From Octopus bimaculoides (taxonomy: Eukaryota): a stretch of DNA of 33,476 nt. A program made the position numbers and the translations under genes. This document shows, piece by piece, positions 13,186 through 26,480 of this stretch (its first letter is position 1; every line of letters begins with the position of its first letter). Location of the stretch: contig NC_068987.1 of assembly GCF_001194135.2 (NCBI RefSeq), positions 22,374,155 through 22,407,630 on the forward strand, in the 5' to 3' direction. Under the pieces are notes generated by a model. It searched no databases and had not been told where the DNA came from. It saw only the letters and a program-made list of their open reading frames with translations.

Positions 13186-14597
13186 TTGTATGTATGTATG
13201 TATGTATGGGGAAAGCTTGGTCGGCAATGTTTGCAGTCGTGTATGCTTGTCAAGAGCAGGGCTCATTAGCCACCAACGGAGCCACAAATGCAAAATATAA
13301 GTTAGTCCTAGAGCGCACAATGTTCCTGAAGGTCGGCAATGGTCTTCCTCTGTCACGAGTTGACGGCCATGATCATGTATGTATGTATGTATGTATGTAT
13401 GTATGTATGTATGTATGCATGTGTGTATGTATGTATGTATGTATAATTCATGGTGTATATAATAGTGAGTTCGGGGATGAGGTGTTGGGTAGGCATTTCT
13501 TTTAAAAATATGAGACATGAACCAACAGCTGCAGGAAAAATGTGCCAGGTTGAAATTTCCAGTGCGCCAACATATCAGAAAATTGGATAAGGGATGTAAT
13601 GACGAGTCAGAGATGAGTTGTTGGATGGACAACAAAATGGGGGGACAGGCAGAGGCAATAAGATGTGATATTTGTGTGTAAGTAAGAGGTGATGTATAAT
13701 GGATATAGAATCCATGGATATTAGAAGAGGAGAGAAAACTGTCCTGCGGCTTTATTATTATTATTATTATTATTATTGGCATCTAGGTAAGAGTAGAAGC
13801 CATTGATGCGCCATAAGGACATTATGAAGCTCTACGAGGTGCTTACATTTAGCAGGACTTTATCATATCCCTAGAAGGGTTTTATCCTTGGAGGGCTTTA
13901 CAGCAGAAAAAGCTCCGCTAAAGGAACTTACGGTGGTATGATGTGTCTAACAGATAATAAAAAGTGACAACAGTTTAACTTACACCAATTCCGTGGACGT
14001 CCATCAAGAGGGCGAAATTGGTCATATGGTAGCAATGACATTCTGTATAGCCGGCCGTCTTCTTGGCTAAATAGCAACCCTTGTAGTGCCAACGGTCAAA
14101 GCGGTTACTGTCAATAGAGAAAGATATAATCTTGTTAGAGGATGATTGCTAGAGAATAGTTTTGTGCAGTGGAGATGTAGGCTAGTAAGTTTCAATAAAG
14201 CGCCTAATGTCNNNNNNNNNNNNNNNNNNNNNNNNNNNNNNNNNNNNNNNNNNNNNNNNNNNNNNNNNNNNNNNNNNNNNNNNNNNNNNNNNNNNNNNNN
14301 NNNNNNNNNNNNNNNNNNNNNNNNNNNNNNNNNNNNNNNNNNNNNNNNNNNNNNNNNNNNNNNNNNNNNNNNNNNNNNNNNNNNNNNNNNNNNNNNNNNN
14401 NNNNNNNNNNNNNNNNNNNNNNNNNNNNNNNNNNNNNNNNNNNNNNNNNNNNNNNNNNNNNNNNNNNNNNNNNNNNNNNNNNNNNNNNNNNNNNNNNNNN
14501 NNNNNNNNNNNNNNNNNNNNNNNNNNNNNNNNNNNNNNNNNNNNNNNNNNNNNNNNNNNNNNNNNNNNNNNNNNNNNNNNNNNNNNNNNNNNNNNNN

Positions 14598-14631
<34 letters not shown>

Positions 14632-16476
14632 AAGAGAGAGAGATAAGTAAATAGTCAGATATACATATAGATACAGGTTACAGGTATATAAATAGATATC
14701 TAAATCCTGGAAAGAAAAATGGTTAAATGGAATGATGAAGCAAAATGGAATCATGATGCTTCACAGCAGTAAAAGGTTGGTGTGAAACGAAAGTGCACAA
14801 AAATAGTTCCATGTTTATCGGTGATCTTTTTGATGTACTTTTTATCGTGTGAGTTGGTCAATTGGAAATTCCGTGGACAGTTCTCAAAAGAATTGTTTTA
14901 TCTGTAAACTCTTGTAAATTGGTCAACTGTTTTCTCGGTCAACATTAACTGGTCAACGCTCTTTGGTGAGCTATTTAATCAGGGAACTCTATTGGCCAAA
15001 TGCTATTTCGGTCACCTCTGCTAAACTACTCTTTCGGTCAAATGTGGTCAGTAGTTAACTGTTATTTCGATGAATTGCTGTTTCAGTCGGCTGTGGTCAG
15101 CTTGTTAATTACTATTTCGATCGTCTGTGATCAATTAGTAAATTGTTATTGCAGCCAACTATGGTCAGTTGGTTAATTATCTCGGTAAACTGTGGTCAGT
15201 AGGCTAAATGTTATAACGCTCAACTGGTCAGTTATCAAGAGTTTGATTAACTGTTTTATAAGTGAAATCTTACGGGTCGGTCAGCTTGAATTCGGTTAAA
15301 CGCTTTCAAACGCTTTCAATGAATATCGTTTTAGAAGGGAACTGTCAGTTAGCCATATGTTACTTCGAGTAACAGTGGCCAGTCATCAAAGAAATAGATC
15401 AGCTTGGTCAACTGTCCCCTCCGTCAATACTTTATGAGGTCTTGTTTTATCGTTGAACTGTTGTGAGTTGGTCAGTTGTGAATTGCATTATCTATATCTG
15501 GGCCGTCTAAAGCGTATTTTGGCCCCGCACTGGAGTCCTATAGTATTTATTTTTGGACAGTAAGTCACAGTATAAGCAGATTAACATTAGGCCCCAACAT
15601 CGGTGGGGTTCCTGGACAACTATCCAATGTACCCATGTCATAAGATGGCACCGAACTGTTGTTGGTAATATATTTTAATGAGCCGTTTAATTAAACAATA
15701 TTAAACTGACGTGAAACACTGAACAGTAAATACCTTTAAATGTGATTAGTCAAGATTCATAGATGCATCATTCTAAAGTAGTCAGCTGTGAATTAGGTAA
15801 ATCACAGCAGAGCCGTCGTAACAGTATTATAAGCCTCTGAGGAATGCAGTACACTAGACAAAACTGGGACTTCAGTTTTTTTCTTCTTGGGCAAAAAGAC
15901 ACAGCATAGACAGGTAAGCATTAAGCCCCTACACCTGTGTGTGAGAGCTTCTGGACAACTGCCCTGTGCGCCCATGTCGTAAGACGGCACCGAAGTGTGA
16001 TTGGTAAGCATTAAGCCCCTACACCTCTGTGTGAGAGCTTCTGGACAACTGCCCTGTGTGCCCATGTCGTAAAACGGCACCGAAGTGCAATTGGTCGAGA
16101 TTGTTTAATGAACGGTTTTAGTAGTGAACTGATGTAAGTTGGTCCGCGATGAATTTCGTGAAATGTGCTTGATCCAATTGATTGATAAACCGTTCTGAAG
16201 TGGTCATCTGTGAATTTGATTAGCTGTGGTCAGTCAACAACGTTTGACCGACTTTTTGACAAGTCAGTCAGTCACATGTTATCGGTAACCTTGTATCACT
16301 TGACGCAGACAACAGTGGAAAATAGGTGGTCAAGAGTACTGACCAGTAGCTAATTCGTTGCTGATAGTGTTGACTAGCAAAAGATATAGTAAAAGATGGT
16401 GGTGATGGAGAAGTTAGTAAAGATAAGCAGATGTAGCGTGTTAGTAATGACAGCCATATAAGAAGAAGCATAAATG

Positions 16477-16559
<83 letters not shown>

Positions 16560-16827
16560 CCTTTCTACTATAGACACAAGGCCTGAAATTTGGGGGAGGG
16601 GGATAGTCGATTACATTGACCCCAGTACTCAACTGGTAATTAATTTATCGATTCCGAAAGGATGAAAGGCAAAGTTGACCTCGGCGGAATTTGAACTCAG
16701 AACGGAGCCACGGGCGAAATACCGCTNNNNNNNNNNNNNNNNNNNNNNNNNNNNNNNNNNNNNNNNNNNNNNNNNNNNNNNNNNNNNNNNNNNNNNNNNN
16801 NNNNNNNNNNNNNNNNNNNNNNNNNNN

Positions 16828-16912
<85 letters not shown>

Positions 16913-17367
16913 CAATAATGATAATAATAATGGTTTCAAATTTTGGCACAAAACCAGCGGCTTTGAGGGTCGCATTTATTTTATCGATCTCAAAAGGATC
17001 ACCATGTCGCGCACATATGGTTGTGGTGCATGTGCCTGGTGAACACTTATCAGACGGGTAGTCATGGTGGGTATACTGGGCTTCGTATATTTTACCTCAG
17101 TGTCGCTTTGATGGCATGCACTGCTCTCTCGCTCAATGATAATAATAATAATAATAATTCTTTCTATTATAGGCACAAGACCTGAAATTTTTTGGGGGAT
17201 AGTCGATTACATCGACCCCAGTACTCAACTGGTACTTAATTTATCGACCCCGAAAGGATGTATGATAAAGTCGACCTCGGCGGAATTTAAGCTCAGAATG
17301 TAGCAGCAGACGAAATACCGCTAAGCATTTTACCCAGCGTGCTAACGATTCTGCCTGGTGGCCACCT

Positions 17368-17411
<44 letters not shown>

Positions 17412-18067
17412 CTCTTGTAGATTTGGCATAAAAATTTGGCAACAGTTTTATCATTATTGTTAGTAGAATCGTTAGCACGCCGAGCAAAATGCATAGCGGT
17501 ATTTCGGCCGTCTTTACGTTTTGAGTTCAAATTCTACCAAGGTTGACTTTGCTTTTCATTCTTTCGGAGTCAATAAAATATGTACCAGCTGAGTACTGAG
17601 GTCGACGTAATTGACTTATCCCTTCTGCAGAAATTGCTGTCCATGTGCCGAAGTTTGAAACTATTATTATTATTATTGAGTGAGAGAGCAGTGCATGCCA
17701 TCAAAGTGACACGGGTATAAATATACGAAGCCCAGTATAGCCATCGTGACTATCCATCTGATAAGGGCACACCAGGCACATGCATCACAACCATATGTGC
17801 GCGACACAGTGATCTCATATCAAGATAAACAGCGCATGACCTTGAAGGTGGGGGCTCAGTTAGAATTTTCTTCGGTTCGAGCAGCCCTTCTCGCTCAAAA
17901 GATCCCCGAATAAAGGTTGTTTAAGGATGATGAACATAACACCCATGTTTACAGTGGTGAATTATTGAAACCCCTGCCAAATTCCTCTCAACACATGGCT
18001 ATGGTGCTCCTCCTCACTACACCTGCTCGTGATCACATTATTATCATCATCATCATCATCATCATCA

Positions 18068-18141
<74 letters not shown>

Positions 18142-18153
18142 GTTATCGTTATC

Positions 18154-18219
<66 letters not shown>

Positions 18220-18720
18220 GTGTTTCTTTCTTTCTTCAAATTTTCTTTCATTTCTCGCCGAGTGTTTTCCGTACACCTAGGGCAGAGAAGCTCATTGTAT
18301 GCATTCCCAGTTTACNNNNNNNNNNNNNNNNNNNNNNNNNNNNNNNNNNNNNNNNNNNNNNNNNNNNNNNNNNNNNNNNNNNNNNNNNNNNNNNNNNNNN
18401 NNNNNNNNNNNNNNNNNNNNNNNNNNNNNNNNNNNNNNNNNNNNNNNNNNNNNNNNNNNNNNNNNNNNNNNNNNNNNNNNNNNNNNNNNNNNNNNNNNNN
18501 NNNNNNNNNNNNNNNNNNNNNNNNNNNNNNNNNNNNNNNNNNNNNNNNNNNNNNNNNNNNNNNNNNNNNNNNNNNNNNNNNNNNNNNNNNNNNNNNNNNN
18601 NNNNNNNNNNNNNNNNNNNNNNNNNNNNNNNNNNNNNNNNNNNNNNNNNNNNNNNNNNNNNNNNNNNNNNNNNNNNNNNNNNNNNTCACATTATTATCAT
18701 CATCATCATCATCATCATCA

Positions 18721-18772
<52 letters not shown>

Positions 18773-18998
18773 CATTATTGTTATTAAGGCAGTGAGATGG
18801 TAGAATCGTTAGCACACCGGGCAAAATGCTTAGCTGCATTTCGTACGTCTTGACGTTCTGGGTTCAAATTCCACCGAGGTCGACTTTACCTTTCATCCCT
18901 TCGGCGTCGATAAATTAAGTATCAGTTGAGTACTGGGGTCGATATAATCGACTTATTCCTCCCCACAAATTTTAGGCCTTGTGCCTTTAGTAGAAAGG

Positions 18999-19046
<48 letters not shown>

Positions 19047-19643
19047 TAATAGCAGCAGCAAAGGAGCACAGCAGTAGCATCAAACACCAGTAAAAGCAGT
19101 AGCAGCGACAAAAGTAGCAGCAGCAGCAGCAGCAGCAATAGTCTAGATGAAATCATCATTCTCATTATCACCATCATCATCATTACCATCATCACCACCA
19201 GTCACCTGACTCTAAGCAGCTGCAGTAGATGCTGTAGTACTCTAGTAGAAGCAGTAGCAGTGTTAGTGAGGCATTGTCAACAGTAGCAGTTGCAGTAGAG
19301 GCTGTAGTGGTAGCATTAGTAGTTAGTGTTAGTGTTGGAGTAGACGCTATAGTTGATCATGGGACTTACGTAGCGTTCATATTCATAAAGACGCAGGACT
19401 CGTTGAAACTGCTGCGTAGATTTTCGTCCTACGGTTGAGAATAGAGTACAACGTTAACAACATCAACAACAACAACAACACCAACAACAACAACATCATC
19501 ATCAACAACAGAAACAACAATAACATCAACAAGAACATCAATAACAACATCAGTAACAACAACAATATAAATCACAACATGTATTACAAAACACCGGCAA
19601 CTGGAGGTTGAGTGATACGGCAGAGCGAGTCAACAGAGAGAGG

Positions 19644-19693
<50 letters not shown>

Positions 19694-22600
19694 NNNNNNN
19701 NNNNNNNNNNNNNNNNNNNNNNNNNNNNNNNNNNNNNNNNNNNNNNNNNNNNNNNNNNNNNNNNNNNNNNNNNNNNNNNNNNNNNNNNNNNNNNNNNNNN
19801 NNNNNNNNNNNNNNNNNNNNNNNNNNNNNNNNNNNNNNNNNNNNNNNNNNNNNNNNNNNNNNNNNNNNNNNNNNNNNNNNNNNNNNNNNNNNNNNNNNNN
19901 NNNNNNNNNNNNNNNNNNNNNNNNNNNNNNNNNNNNNNNNNNNNNNNNNNNNNNNNNNNNNNNNNNNNNNNNNNNNNNNNNNNNNNNNNNNNNNNNNNNN
20001 NNNNNNNNNNNNNNNNNNNNNNNNNNNNNNNNNNNNNNNNNNNNNNNNNNNNNNNNNNNNNNNNNNNNNNNNNNNNNNNNNNNNNNNNNNNNNNNNNNNN
20101 NNNNNNNNNNNNNNNNNNNNNNNNNNNNNNNNNNNNNNNNNNNNNNNNNNNNNNNNNNCATCCTTTGAAACGGTCGCTACCTTATTTTTATTTCGAGACT
20201 AACTTCCGTTTACCGACCTCACTACAAAAAACAAAAACAAACAACCCAAAAACTAAAAACAAAAACACGCTTTTTCATAGGTGCTATAAAACGTTCACTG
20301 CCATATACCCATGCCCATTGCCTCTCTTGGTTGTTAAACGTCCTATTGATTCAATAACACTATTGGCATTCTGTTTAGTGCTATCATTTATCTGGTTCAT
20401 CTTGGCGAAGGATCTCTCTCCGAAACGTTAACTCTAATTCTTCTATATACTTCAAAATTGATTGCCTTGTACTCTAATGTTTTGTCTCGTTTACTGTTCT
20501 CGATGCAGACTCCCAAATCTGTATGTTTTGGATTAAATTTATAATATTGCTCAATGCAGAAAAAATAAGTACTATAATACTTATTAATAATAATAATAAT
20601 GATAATGTTTTCTTTATTAACCATTAAGGGTTCATGAAACTCCTTGGGACAGTACAGGACGATGGAATGAGACGTTTCATAGAAGGCGTATAAATATAAT
20701 AATCCTTTCTACTGTAAGCACAAGGCCTGAAATTTTAGGGGAAGGGTTACGTCTATTACATCGAACCCAGTGCTCAACTGGTGCTTTTATCGATACTCGG
20801 GAGTAAATTCGACCTCAGCGGGATCTGAACTCAGAGCCGGAACAAATACCGCAAAGCAGTTTATCAGACGCTCTAATGACATCCTCAGAAACATCAATAA
20901 CAACAACGACGACGACGACAAAAATAACAACAACAACAACAACAACATAAATGTACAGTAATACACAAACAAGATACGATAACAATTTTGCAATGATTAT
21001 GAAGACTGTAATGAAAATCAAAGACGCCATCTTACCTTTAGTTGAAAGACAAGGATGATCGGGGAAGAGAGGCGTTGAAACTTACTCCTGGCCACACCGA
21101 CGACACTGCTCGTGATGACATCAGAGTTGATAACCCGTGTGTCGTTCAACGAATTCGGTCTTTGTAAGGATTAGATCGGAAATGAGAATAAGAAATTATG
21201 ATAAATGACGATCAGTCAGGGCCATCTTTGCAGCATTATAGATCCCATCCCCGCCAAGCAAATCAAATACACTGGGCCCTATACTATTTATTTATTGGCA
21301 GTAAGCCACAGCATATATAGATCAGAATTAGGCCTCCAAGATCCGTGAGGTTCATGGGTAACTGTTTAGTGTGCCCACGCCTTAAGTCAGTACTGCGTTC
21401 CATTATGTGATTGCTGAACATTCTTATATTCAAACATTTCAATTGTCTTCTGCTACCATTATCTGAATTAATGATGGTGCTTCTACGTCATCACACGGCC
21501 TGCTAAAGATAGCAGCAAAATTTCCCTTAAATATCACCCTACCACCTTGTTTATCAATTATTTTAAATCTGGGTGGAAGACAGAGTTACGTAACCTGTTA
21601 CAGAACCTCCCAGACTGGTGGAAGGGAGCAAGGAGGATCTCTTCCAACCGAAAACCTGAACCCGAATGCTTGCAATAGGCTAGAGTCCGTTAAAGTTACT
21701 CGAAGCACCAGGTAATGGTGTTAAGCCGGGTTAAATTTCCTATCCAAGTAGGCTACGGCGGGATTTGAACCCAGAAGATAAAGAGTTGGAACAAACTTCG
21801 CAAGACATCCGATCCGACGTTCTTATTGTTCCACCAGTCTACCGCCTTGGATTAATACCTTTTTATCGACCCCTAAAGAAAGCTGGCCTTTGTGGGATTT
21901 AAACACTGAGCTTAGAGAGTCGGAACAAATACGACAATGCATTCTGTTCGAAGCTCTAGCAACTCTGCCAGTTCACTTCAGGAAAGGACACTGAATAACT
22001 TGGTCCGGATGGTCTCGACGTGAACACTGTCGATAACTGGTCATCTACCAGAATCGATCTAGGGTTAAACATCATCACCAGCATCAGCAACAACAATAAC
22101 AGCAATATACTCAATCACCAATGATAAGTACAGTTAGTGGATTTGGTCCCTACACTCAACACACAATAAATATAAAAAATGTAAGGGTATATCTTTTTCC
22201 ATCTGCGATGAGGTTCAACTTTAAAATGTTTCTAATTATACTAATTAATTTCTAGACTTGAGTCGAAACAGCCGTCAGAGATGATGTCCAATTTTGTAAT
22301 TAATAAATAGTTAATTTATCTTTATTTTCTTAAAATTATACATATACATACATACAGACATATATATATATATATGTATATATATAAGTATGTATANNNN
22401 NNNNNNNNNNNNNNNNNNNNNNNNNNNNNNNNNNNNNNNNNNNNNNNNNNNNNNNNNNNNNNNNNNNNNNNNNNNNNNNNNNNNNNNNNNNNNNNNNNNN
22501 NNNNNNNNNNNNNNNNNNNNNNNNNNNNNNNNNNNNNNNNNNNNNNNNNNNNNNNNNNNNNNNNNNNNNNNNNNNNNNNNNNNNNNNNNNNNNNNNNNNN

Positions 22601-22782
22601 NNNNNNNNNNNNNNNNNNNNNNNNNNNNNNNNNNNNNNNNNNNNNNNNNNNNNNNNNNNNNNNNNNNNNNNNNNNNNNNNNNNNNNNNNNNNNNNNNNNN
22701 NNNNNNNNNNNNNNNNNNNNNNNNNNNNNNNNNNNNNNNNNNNNNNNNNNNNNNNNNNNNNNNNNNNNNNNNNNNNNNNNNN

Positions 22783-22824
<42 letters not shown>

Positions 22825-23172
22825 CTGTACGCATGTATGTATGTTTATATGTATGTATGAATGTATGCATGTACACACACACACACACATATATATATAT
22901 ATGCATACATGCATACATACGTACGTACATACATACATACATACATACACACACATACAGATATATATCACTCATCCCTATTGAATCCCTTACCGCCATT
23001 TCTACAATGACACCTGTCACCGTTATCATCATTTCAATCCCCACCAGTATCACTACGATCGTCATCAGCACCACCATCTCCATCATCCTCACGTTCATCA
23101 TTATTCCAACAAAGAGACAAAGCCTCAAAAACTAAAGATATCCATCAGCCCATCCATACAAGCATACATACA

Positions 23173-23221
<49 letters not shown>

Positions 23222-26148
23222 AAACATACACAGATACACTCCACGCCCCCACCACCATCACCACGCACACGTAGAGAAAGAGTAAAATGCTTTCGTTACC
23301 TGTCCTGTTTAAATGACAGTATTTGACCGATTGATGTAAAACGGGCGTTGAACAATCCAACGGGTCGACCTAAGGAAGCAAAAGAGAGAGAAAACGAAAG
23401 GCTTTAATGACTTATCGATAAAAAGACAACCATGTGAATTTGAGGTGAGGGGTAGTGGTGGGAAAGGGGCTTATACCAGTAAGTAAGAGAATATTCAATA
23501 AAGAGGGCAGACTATGAAAATTTTAATTATGTAAAGTTTGTGGTGATGGCGGCAGTCGATCGATAGATTGGATCAAAGACACGATTGCTGATATTACTGC
23601 ATTGATATCATCAATTAGTTGCATCAATACTATCGATCTGTCGCATCCCCAGACAGAAACGTCGCTCTTAACATCTAAGTCAAAGACCCAGTCTTGTAAC
23701 GAGTTAAATATCTCAATTCTGTAATGATTCTGTTAAAGAATTAAGATAAAAATTAATCACTGCAGGGATTAGAGCTTTTCTTCTTACATTAGAGAGTTCC
23801 ACACACTCCTGCAAAATGAATACAAACAAAACTAGGACAATTCTTGTAATATCGTGGATTTCAGGACTGACTGACTGATGTCTCGTATTGTATTATGTCT
23901 TATAGGAAGTTAAGTGGTAATTCGTAAAAAAAAAAAACTTCTTTCTTCAAGAGTCATTAACAATAACCGCTAGGTAGTTTTTTTCTGTTTCTGTTCCAAC
24001 AAGTGGGAAATTTCAGTCATATATTTTTTTTGTTTTTGCGTAGGGCATTCCACATATCACCTTTTAATTTATCCAAATTCATGCCATTGGCTCATTTCTG
24101 TTTTTTTCCCCTTAGCTCGATATTTGTTTTTCTTAATTCTGCAAATCATGCGGCACAATAATTATTTATAACTCAGCTGTAAGGCGGGGAGCTGGCAGAA
24201 TAGTTTGCACGTTGGACAAAATGCTTAGCGGTATTTTTCTGGCCTTACGTTTGGAGTTCAAATTCTATTGAAGTCGAATAAGTACCAGTTGAGCCCTTGT
24301 GTCGATGTAGACGATTAGCTCACTTCTTCCAAATTTTAGACCTTTTCCTTATATTAGAGAGAAATAATTATTCACAGCTCTGTTTTTTTCTTCTGTGAAT
24401 ATAAATCTTTGTCAACAGATCAAATACCGACATTTTTGAAAGGACCTCAGCGACTAATGGGAGGGTAAAAGGGTACCCTTAAACTCAAAGACCTCCTCCA
24501 AATACTTACAAAAGAGTGGACTCGGTTAAAGGTACGAAGGACCTAGTTGTGGCGGTGTCGGAAATCTGGGCGACGAATTCAGAAATAGTCGGCAAATTTG
24601 CATAAAATCATACGAATTGCGAAGTTAGTAAGGAAAGATTCTTTGTAACAAAGGGCTTCAATGAAATATGATTTAGAAAAGGTGGGGTGAAGGACTAACC
24701 TTTGTTTTCACGACGGCAGATGTCATAGACTTCGTCTGGGAGTCTGATTGAACTGGTTTCTGATCTTTTCAGTTTATCGCCAGTGTATACGTCCTCCACA
24801 GTTGAGATACTGAAATCTGAATCGAAAGAAATATATGCATACATTTACATATACATACATACACACATAACCCGTATATACATACATGCATACATGCATA
24901 CATATACATATATTATATATACATGCATACATACATAAATACATACATAATACATAAGTCGTAGAGACAGCTCTAATGGAGACCAATGAGGAGGGCAGCA
25001 GCACCACCAGCAATGAGGATGAGGAAGATGATTTCTTCAGCAATATCACTCGGTTTCGGGAGAACAGGAGCCATAGGTTACTGAAGTCCAAGGCGCAGAA
25101 CTTGGCGAAGGCCTGGCTGGAGGAAGTCTCGAAGGAGGTCCTGGCTGAAGTCACCTTTTTTGGGTGAGCAGATCTTGATCAACCTGTTCACCATGTATAA
25201 TACTGCTATCTCATCCAGTGCTGCAGCTGAGTGCCTATTCTCTATAGAGAAAGATATTTTGAGAGCCAAGACAGTCACCCTGTCAGATGGGAACTTTGTG
25301 AGGCTGCTGTTTATGAAGGACAACTAGCATCACGTCGAGGCGCTGGAGAAGGCCCAGCCAGAGTAGTAATCTTGATCATCATCTGGTCTTGGCATGATAC
25401 CTAGGCTATACTATACTTATATANNNNNNNNNNNNNNNNNNNNNNNNNNNNNNNNNNNNNNNNNNNNNNNNNNNNNNNNNNNNNNNNNTATATATATATA
25501 TATATATGCACACACACACTGACACATCCATACATATACACATACATACACACACAGACATATATATACATACACATATACATGTGTGTGTATGTTTGTA
25601 TGTGTGTATGTGTGTAAATGGTAGTATGTGTATGTTTGTGTGTGGGTCCGTACGTGTTTGTGCTTGTTCTCTCCACCACTTAACAATTAGTGTTATTTCA
25701 TTTACGTCCCCGTATTCTAGCGGTTCAGCAAATAAGACGGACTTGAAAAAGACTTGAAAGAGAAGTACCGAGGGCTATTTGTTCAGTTAAACCCCAACAT
25801 GGCGATATCCGAGTATGGTCGCTGTCTAAAGAAAAGAAACTCATAACGAGGAAAGAAAAGAAACAGTAATGTACCTAAATTTGTTGAAGCCATTGAGTAA
25901 CTTTGCGTACTTCCACGGTGGCCATGTTGAAATACGTTGCTAGCCATCCGTTCTGTGTTGGCTAGCACCGACGCCATCTTCTCCCCGACCATGTTCTGTG
26001 TAATATAAAGATAAAAATCATTATGGAAAATAGAAACATTAAGAAAAATAAATAAGCAATAGATTCCATAGCGTGTCAATAATGCATTGTCTTTTGTAAT
26101 CAATAGTTTGTTAGACTCATATCAATTTTATCAAAAGCTACTGATCTT

Positions 26149-26180
<32 letters not shown>

Positions 26181-26446
26181 TGTATGTATGTATGTATGTA
26201 TGTATGTATGTATTCATGCATGTATGTATGTATGTATGTATGTATGTATACATGCATTCATGCATGCATGCATGCATGCATGTATGTATGTATGTATGTA
26301 TGTATGTATGTATGTATGTATGTATGTATGTATGTCATTGTTCAGTTTTATTTCAAGATTTCTTGCTAATAGAGAAAGAGCCAGTTTCTAACCTAGATTC
26401 AAGGCTTCTTCATTGGTATTTCAACATCAACAACAAGGTATTTTTG

Positions 26447-26480
<34 letters not shown>

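Noticed and set aside
15913-16095. Repeat units resembling a CRISPR array or a coding repeat (ORF 15802-16080)
   Set aside because: A plain two-unit tandem duplication with no unique spacers, in a eukaryotic intron with no cas genes.
24520-24670. Plus-strand [21 protein letters not shown], faintly like a Tc1 transposase C-terminus
   Set aside because: Too short and degenerate; no catalytic motif or TIR seen.
24803-24818. Tandem acceptor ttcag-ATTTCAG at the 24700-24816 exon
   Set aside because: The inner site shifts the frame by 7 nt; no evidence of use, and such pairs are common.
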